Assembly: GCA_026646655.1 (NCBI GenBank) | Contig: JAPKHT010000008.1 | Location: 8,426 to 72,425 of the forward strand | DNA from: Verrucomicrobiia bacterium | GTDB taxonomy: Bacteria > Verrucomicrobiota > Verrucomicrobiia > JADLBR01 | Direction: 5' to 3' | DNA: 64,000 bases | In this document: positions 58,646 to 64,000 of the stretch, piece by piece | Position numbering within the stretch: the first letter of the stretch is position 1 | Layout: each line of letters opens with the position of its first letter | The notes under the pieces: generated by a model | What the model was told of the DNA's origin: nothing | The model's input: only the letters and a program-made list of their open reading frames with translations | Databases searched by the model: none | Program-made: the position numbers and the translations under genes

Positions 58646-60918
58646 TCCTCGCGTTGATCCTGGGCGCAACGATCCACGTCAGCCCGGCGGGCGACGATGC
58701 GAATCCCGGGACGGCGGATAGGCCGTTGCGGACATTCGTTGCGGCACAGCGGGCGAAGGCCGCGGAGGTCCTATTTCATGCCGGCACGTATTATCTGCCG
58801 GAGACGATAGCGCTGACGGCGGCGGATTCGGGCCGAGTCTTCGCCTCGGCGCCGGGCGAGAGGGTCATCCTCAGCGGAGGCAGCAAGCTCGACCTGGGGT
58901 GGGAGCCCCGCAAGGACGGCATCATGCAGGCCGCGACGCCGCCGGGGCTAACGATTGACCAGCTATTCGTCAACGGCCAACGCCAGATGATGGCGCGTTA
59001 CCCGAATTACAGCCCGGGCGTCCGGCCGTACGGTGGCTACGCCGCCGATGCCTTCGGCACGGAGCGCGCGGCGCGCTGGAGCGACCCGGCGGGCGGGTTC
59101 ATCCACGCGATGCACCGCGCGCACTGGGGCGGCTATCACTACCGGATCACCGGCAAGAGCGAGAAGGGCGAAATCACGCATGAGGGCGGCTGGCAGAACA
59201 ACCGGCAGATGGGGATGCACAAGGAACACCGGTTCGTGGAGAACATCCTCGAGGAACTCGACGCGCCGGGCGAATGGTTCCACAGCGCGAAGACCGGCGC
59301 GCTCTATTATTTTCCACCAGAGGACGTGGACCTAAAGGCAGCGACGGTCGAGGTGGTGCGGCTGCGCCATCTGGTGGAGTTCAATGGCACGAGGGAGAAG
59401 CCGGTCCGCAACGTCACGCTGCGTGGCCTCGTGTTCCGCCACGCGGCGCGGACGTTCATGGATACGAGAGAACCGCTCCTGCGCAGCGACTGGACCATCT
59501 ATCGGGGCGGCGCGGTGCTGTTCAACGGCGCGGAGGACTGCGCGCTCGCCGATTGCGATTTCGACCAGCTCGGCGGAAACGCGATCTTCGTCAGCGGATA
59601 CAACCGCCGGATTCGAGTGGTTGGCTGCGACATCCACGACACCGGCGCGAGCGCGGTCGCGTTCGTCGGCGACCCGGAGGCCGTGCGCAACCCGCTCTTC
59701 GAATACGGCCAGCGCCAGAGCTACAGCAAGATCGACCGGACGCCCGGGCCGAAAACGGAAAACTATCCAGCCGATTGCCTCGTCGAGGACTGCCTCATCC
59801 ACCGGATGGGCGTCGTCGAGAAACAGGCGACCGGTGTGGAACTGTCGATGGCGATGGGCGTCACCATCCGGCACTGCTCCATTTATGACGCCTCGCGCGC
59901 CGGCATCAACGTCAGCGAAGGCACGTTCGGCGGGCACGTCATCGAGTTCTGCGACGTGTTTGATACGGTGCTGGAGACGGGCGACCACGGCAGCTTCAAC
60001 TCGTGGGGCCGCGACCGATTCTGGGGGCTGAAGGACGCTCCCGCCGCCGAAATGCCGAGGCTCGCGCTGCTCGACGTGGTGAAACCCAACATCATCCGCA
60101 ACAGCCGCTGGCGCTGCGACCACGGCTGGGACGTGGACCTCGACGACGGCTCGTCGAACTACGAGATCTACAACAACGTTTTCCTCCGCGGCGGCCTGAA
60201 GCTCCGCGAAGGGTTCCATCGCAGGGTCTGGAACAACATCGCCGTCAATGACTCGCTCCATCCGCACGTCTGGTATGAGAACAGCGGCGACGAGGTGACC
60301 CGCAACATCTGGATGGGCGCCTATCGGCCCGCCGTCATGAAGATCGCCAAATGGGGCAGGGAAGTGGACCGGAACCTTTTCACGACCTCCGACGCCGATC
60401 GCACCAAGTTCGCCGCCAACGGCTGCGACGCGAACTCGCTCGTCGGCGACCCGCAATTCGTGGACGCCGCGCGCGGCGACTTTCGTGTCAGGGACGGCTC
60501 GCCCGCGCTGAAACTCGGCTTCGTGAACTTTCCGATGGATCAGTTTGGCGTGCGCTCGCCGCGCCTGCGGGCCATCGCGCGTGCGCCGGTGATCCCGGCT
60601 CTGCAATCGGGCGCAACCGAGAGTCGGACGACCAAGAGCGTCTGGCTGGGCGCCACCGTCAAGGACATCCAAGGCGAGGAGTACTCCGCCTTCGGCACCG
60701 TCAAGGAAGACGGTGGCATCCACCTGCTGGATGTGCCGGCCGGATCGGCTCCGGCCACGGCCGGTCTGCGGGCAGGCGATCTCATCCAAGGCGTCAACGG
60801 CAAGCCCGTGCGCACCAGCGGGGAATTGATGGCCGCGATGAAGGCTGCGGGCGACAAGCCCGCGACGATCACCTTCATCCGCAACCAGGCAAAACAACAG
60901 ACCACACTCACGCCGTAA
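58642..60918 (+). CDS. Right-handed beta-helix protein (GH141-like) with C-terminal PDZ domain
   Basis: HVSPAGDDANPGT..PL, ARYPN, VENILEELDAPGEW, parallel beta-helix repeats, GSAPATAGLRAGDLIQGVNG (PDZ). Confidence 0.82.
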   Translation: MILALILGATIHVSPAGDDANPGTADRPLRTFVAAQRAKAAEVLFHAGTYYLPETIALTAADSGRVFASAPGERVILSGGSKLDLGWEPRKDGIMQAATPPGLTIDQLFVNGQRQMMARYPNYSPGVRPYGGYAADAFGTERAARWSDPAGGFIHAMHRAHWGGYHYRITGKSEKGEITHEGGWQNNRQMGMHKEHRFVENILEELDAPGEWFHSAKTGALYYFPPEDVDLKAATVEVVRLRHLVEFNGTREKPVRNVTLRGLVFRHAARTFMDTREPLLRSDWTIYRGGAVLFNGAEDCALADCDFDQLGGNAIFVSGYNRRIRVVGCDIHDTGASAVAFVGDPEAVRNPLFEYGQRQSYSKIDRTPGPKTENYPADCLVEDCLIHRMGVVEKQATGVELSMAMGVTIRHCSIYDASRAGINVSEGTFGGHVIEFCDVFDTVLETGDHGSFNSWGRDRFWGLKDAPAAEMPRLALLDVVKPNIIRNSRWRCDHGWDVDLDDGSSNYEIYNNVFLRGGLKLREGFHRRVWNNIAVNDSLHPHVWYENSGDEVTRNIWMGAYRPAVMKIAKWGREVDRNLFTTSDADRTKFAANGCDANSLVGDPQFVDAARGDFRVRDGSPALKLGFVNFPMDQFGVRSPRLRAIARAPVIPALQSGATESRTTKSVWLGATVKDIQGEEYSAFGTVKEDGGIHLLDVPAGSAPATAGLRAGDLIQGVNGKPVRTSGELMAAMKAAGDKPATITFIRNQAKQQTTLTP

Positions 60919-61042
60919 CCGCCAACGAAGTGAAACTGTAGAAACAATGCCAGCGAGCGCGGCTCCCGCCGCATGTTGTCGCCATGAATCTCGCTGCGGA
61001 TGATCGCCATTTGCAAATGCCGGGCGTATAAGGTTGAGGCCA

Positions 61043-63226
61043 ATGCGCCATCAAGTGATCGGAATCCTATGGGTCAGCGCGGCCTGGGCGACGGTTGACC
61101 CCACTCGAGAGGGTCACCCCCCATCGGGGGGGTTCACCGACTTCCCCGTCGTCGAGAATCTGCCGCTGTTTCAGCCCATCGAGGTCGAGGGCCGCGAGGT
61201 CTCCATGTGGAATAGGAGGTACACGCTGGGTCCGGCGGGATGGATCCAGGCCATCGAAAGTTCGGGTAAGAAAATCCTGAAGGGCCCCATGGTGCTGGAG
61301 GGGAAGATCGGCAACGTTGAGATCGCACTGGCCCCAACGCGCCAATCCGTTGTCGAGAAGAGCGCCACCAGGGCTGTCTTCGTCACGGAATCCACGCAGG
61401 GACCAGCGGTCGCCACGGTCAAGACCATCGTCGAATCCGACGGCATGATCCGGTTCGTTGCCGACATCCGCGCCGACCAAGCGCTGCCATTCCAAGACAT
61501 CCGAGTCCGTCTCCCGCTCGACGATGGGCATTTTCGGTATCTGCATTACGTCGCGGAGACCAAGATGAAATGCGACACGCAGGCCCTGCCTGAGGGAGAA
61601 GGGATCATCTGGGGCAGCCGGGATGTCCAGCGCCTATTTATCGACTCGAAACTGGAGCGCAAGAGCGACATCGATGGCTTCAAGCAGAACGCGAACGTCG
61701 TCAACTCGTTCGTTCCTTTGATCTGGATCGGTGATGCCGACGGCGGGATCGCCTGGTTCGCGGAATCGGACGAGGGTTGGCAAGACGCGCCGGGGAGATC
61801 CATCGTCGAGCTGACGAGAGCCGGCGGGATTCTGGAATTGCGGGTCAATTTCATCTCGGGCATGGCGCTCCGCGACAGCGCCCATCTCGATTTCGGTCTT
61901 CAGGTCACCCCGGTCAAGCCGCTGCCCGAAGGCTGGCGCGACTGGCAGCAGTACAACGGCGGGCGGATTCATGCGCGCGGGACGCCCGACTTCTCGTATT
62001 ACGATTCCAGGATTCCCGACGGCTCCGAGAAGGTGATCATCTTCGATCTGGATTTCATCGGCTTCGATACCGGGCGCCGCTTCGGCCGCCAGATCGCCGA
62101 TCCTCAAAGGACAAGAGAAATCCTCCGGGGGCTCAAGGAGCGTCGCCGCAAGGTCCTCGCCTACATGACGCCGTCCAAGATCTCCCACGTGCAGGGAGTT
62201 TCAGAAGAGTGGGGGGAGTGGCGCCTGATTCCCGAGAAGACCATCGCGTGGAAGGCCGGCAAGAAGGGCGCGACGACCACGCACCATTTTCTGTGCCACA
62301 ACGCGCCCGGCAACTACCTGAACCTGTTGGAATTTGCGGAACGACTCGTGAACGACTACGACATCGACGGGGTGTACGTCGACGTCCCGTTCTTCAATAT
62401 GGGATGCATGGCGCCCGGCTGCTCGTACCGGCGGGCCGACGGCGCGCGCCAGCCAATCTTCAAAATCTCATTGATGAGGGACTTCTACAAGAAGCTGGCC
62501 GGCATCTTCGTGCGCCACGGGAAGTACCCGCACGTGCTCGTGCACAACTCGACGCAGTTCGTGATTCCCGCGTTCGCGTTCTGTTGGGCGGGCAAGCCGG
62601 GCGAATTCATGGCGGAGATCAATTACGAGCAGAATCACATGGACTACTTGCGGTCGCACCGGGCGAAAGCCATCGTGGAGTTCAATCCGCGCCCCTGGGG
62701 CCTGGTGCCATTCTGCATGGACGACATCAAATTCACCCGGTATTCCACCCTGAACCCCAGGCAGTCGTTTTCCGAGCGCGACGCTTTCGAGGCGCACTGG
62801 AAGCGGCGCTATCTGGGCGTCCCGCTGCTGCACGATGGCCTCATCATGAACTGGTGCGCCACCCCGGAGTTCTCGTTCCCGATCTACAAGGCCCGCATGG
62901 ACTTCGGGATCGGGGCTCCCGACGTCGAATTCCACGGGTATTGGGAGAACGACGCGCCGAAGGCGAGCGATCCCGAGGTGGCGGTGTCGTACTACACCCG
63001 ACCGCGAAGCGTCATGATGGTCCTCGGGAATTTCCGCGACTCGGATACCGAATGCGCGGTGAAATTGCCCCCCGCGATTCTGTCGAGGGTCGACGCCGGG
63101 GGGTTGGTCGATCCCATCTCCCGTGAAGCGGTGCCCGTGCGCGACGAGGGCATCGTGGTCCGCATCGGCCCGCAGCAGTGCCGCATTCTAGTCAACGCGC
63201 AAGAGACGGGGACCGCAGCCCCGTGA
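61043..63226 (+). CDS. Secreted putative glycoside hydrolase (DUF6067-like)
   Basis: IWIGDADGGIAWFAESDEGW, FGLQVTPVKP, DGVYVD, FHGYWEN. Confidence 0.7.
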   Translation: MRHQVIGILWVSAAWATVDPTREGHPPSGGFTDFPVVENLPLFQPIEVEGREVSMWNRRYTLGPAGWIQAIESSGKKILKGPMVLEGKIGNVEIALAPTRQSVVEKSATRAVFVTESTQGPAVATVKTIVESDGMIRFVADIRADQALPFQDIRVRLPLDDGHFRYLHYVAETKMKCDTQALPEGEGIIWGSRDVQRLFIDSKLERKSDIDGFKQNANVVNSFVPLIWIGDADGGIAWFAESDEGWQDAPGRSIVELTRAGGILELRVNFISGMALRDSAHLDFGLQVTPVKPLPEGWRDWQQYNGGRIHARGTPDFSYYDSRIPDGSEKVIIFDLDFIGFDTGRRFGRQIADPQRTREILRGLKERRRKVLAYMTPSKISHVQGVSEEWGEWRLIPEKTIAWKAGKKGATTTHHFLCHNAPGNYLNLLEFAERLVNDYDIDGVYVDVPFFNMGCMAPGCSYRRADGARQPIFKISLMRDFYKKLAGIFVRHGKYPHVLVHNSTQFVIPAFAFCWAGKPGEFMAEINYEQNHMDYLRSHRAKAIVEFNPRPWGLVPFCMDDIKFTRYSTLNPRQSFSERDAFEAHWKRRYLGVPLLHDGLIMNWCATPEFSFPIYKARMDFGIGAPDVEFHGYWENDAPKASDPEVAVSYYTRPRSVMMVLGNFRDSDTECAVKLPPAILSRVDAGGLVDPISREAVPVRDEGIVVRIGPQQCRILVNAQETGTAAP

Positions 63227-63290
63227 GGTGGGCCCCCGTGGACGCCAACGCGCGCCCGATTTGAAGGAGATCGAAAAGACAGGAGCCGCT

Positions 63291-64000
63291 ATGAAAGACA
63301 ACCCCAGATTCCGGACCTTGGCGCTGATCGCCCTGGCCCTGGCGCCGTGCGCGACCGCGAGTCCGAAGGCCGGTGCCCCGCCCGATCCCGCGGTCGTCGT
63401 GCGCGACCTCGCGCCCTTCCACGACGCCGCCCGCGCCCTGAAGAACCCGCACAAGGGCTGGTACCACCATTACCCCGACAACCACATCAGCAAGTACGAG
63501 ATCGCGCGAGACGCGGACCTGCTGGAGTTCCCCGGCATGGATCATCTCTACCTCCGTCTCGCGTGGGCCTACCTGGAACCGAAGGAGGGACAGTTCGACT
63601 GGGCGGTGATCGACCGCATCATCGACCAGTGGACCGCGCGCGGCCTCGGCATCGCATTCCGCATCAGTTGCCGCGAGACGAGCGCGGACCGGATCGAGCA
63701 GCAGTTTGCGACGCCGCGCTGGGTGATGGAGGCCGGTGCCAAGGGCGGGCACTACCTGAAGGGCAAGGCGACCGGCCCGGAGGGACCCTGGGAACCGGTT
63801 TTCGATGATCCCGTCTTTCTGGAGAAGCTGGATCACTTCCTCGCGGCCTTCGCGGCGCGCTACGAAACCAAGCCGTGGCTGCGGTACATGGACATCGGGA
63901 GCATCGGCGACTGGGGCGAGGGGCACAGTTCGTCGGGCAGTCGCCAGGAGTGCGGCCTCGCCGCGCGCAGGCGCCACGTGGACCTCCACCTCAAGCACTT
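63291..64000 (+). CDS. Secreted DUF4832/GH42-like TIM-barrel glycosidase; 3'-partial
   Basis: Manual translation MKDNPRFRTLALIALALAP...LKNPHKGWY...YLRLAWAYLEPKEGQFDW...IGSIGDWGEGH. AGGAG RBS; open to the window end. Confidence 0.8.
   Translation, partial: MKDNPRFRTLALIALALAPCATASPKAGAPPDPAVVVRDLAPFHDAARALKNPHKGWYHHYPDNHISKYEIARDADLLEFPGMDHLYLRLAWAYLEPKEGQFDWAVIDRIIDQWTARGLGIAFRISCRETSADRIEQQFATPRWVMEAGAKGGHYLKGKATGPEGPWEPVFDDPVFLEKLDHFLAAFAARYETKPWLRYMDIGSIGDWGEGHSSSGSRQECGLAARRRHVDLHLKH

Noticed and set aside
60990-61030. CATTTGCAAATG palindrome as an operator
   Set aside because: Single occurrence with no regulator nearby; cannot be distinguished from chance.
1-64000. Many long antisense or alternate-frame ORFs (e.g. 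2619-4835 +, 4956-7229 +, 29226-31640 -, 55271-57181 -)
   Set aside because: They shadow well-supported genes, are Arg/Gly/Ala-rich without motifs, and are expected at this GC content.

Overview
GC-rich (roughly 70% by eye) chromosomal window, most likely from a PVC-superphylum bacterium. Verrucomicrobiota is inferred from a PEP-CTERM protein, a DUF1549/DUF1553 cytochrome + DUF1501 pair and several Cys-type sulfatases. There are three blocks. (1) 1-17.3 kb: secreted and surface proteins (sialate O-acetylesterase, cNMP-FHA protein, sulfatase, a ~1670-aa LVIVD/PKD/TolB surface protein, an AsnB-type amidotransferase, a PEP-CTERM protein, DUF1501/DUF1553). (2) 17.4-36.7 kb: housekeeping genes (DUF1015, AI-2E permease, sulfite reductase, AguB, UbiD-family decarboxylase, GH88, murI, TPR, ribD, ribE, Zn-ribbon, YecH, two YjbQ, murA, SDR), interrupted by a type II restriction-modification pair next to a decayed DUF1501 fragment. 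(3) 36.8-64 kb: a sulfated-glycan degradation region (3 sulfatases, SGNH, PL1, GH29, GH106-like, beta-helix-PDZ and others) with two frameshifted or deleted glycosidase genes. I found no rRNA, tRNA, CRISPR array or transposase. The most distinctive non-genic signal is a family of 33-43 bp GTCGGAC...GTCCGAC palindromes (7 copies). Individual copies sit immediately upstream of start codons, supply stop codons to both genes of a convergent pair, or lie in or beside a signal-peptide region. Two copies cluster with other miniature inverted-repeat elements at 43.76-44.42 kb. Family assignments come from motif recognition, not from database searches.
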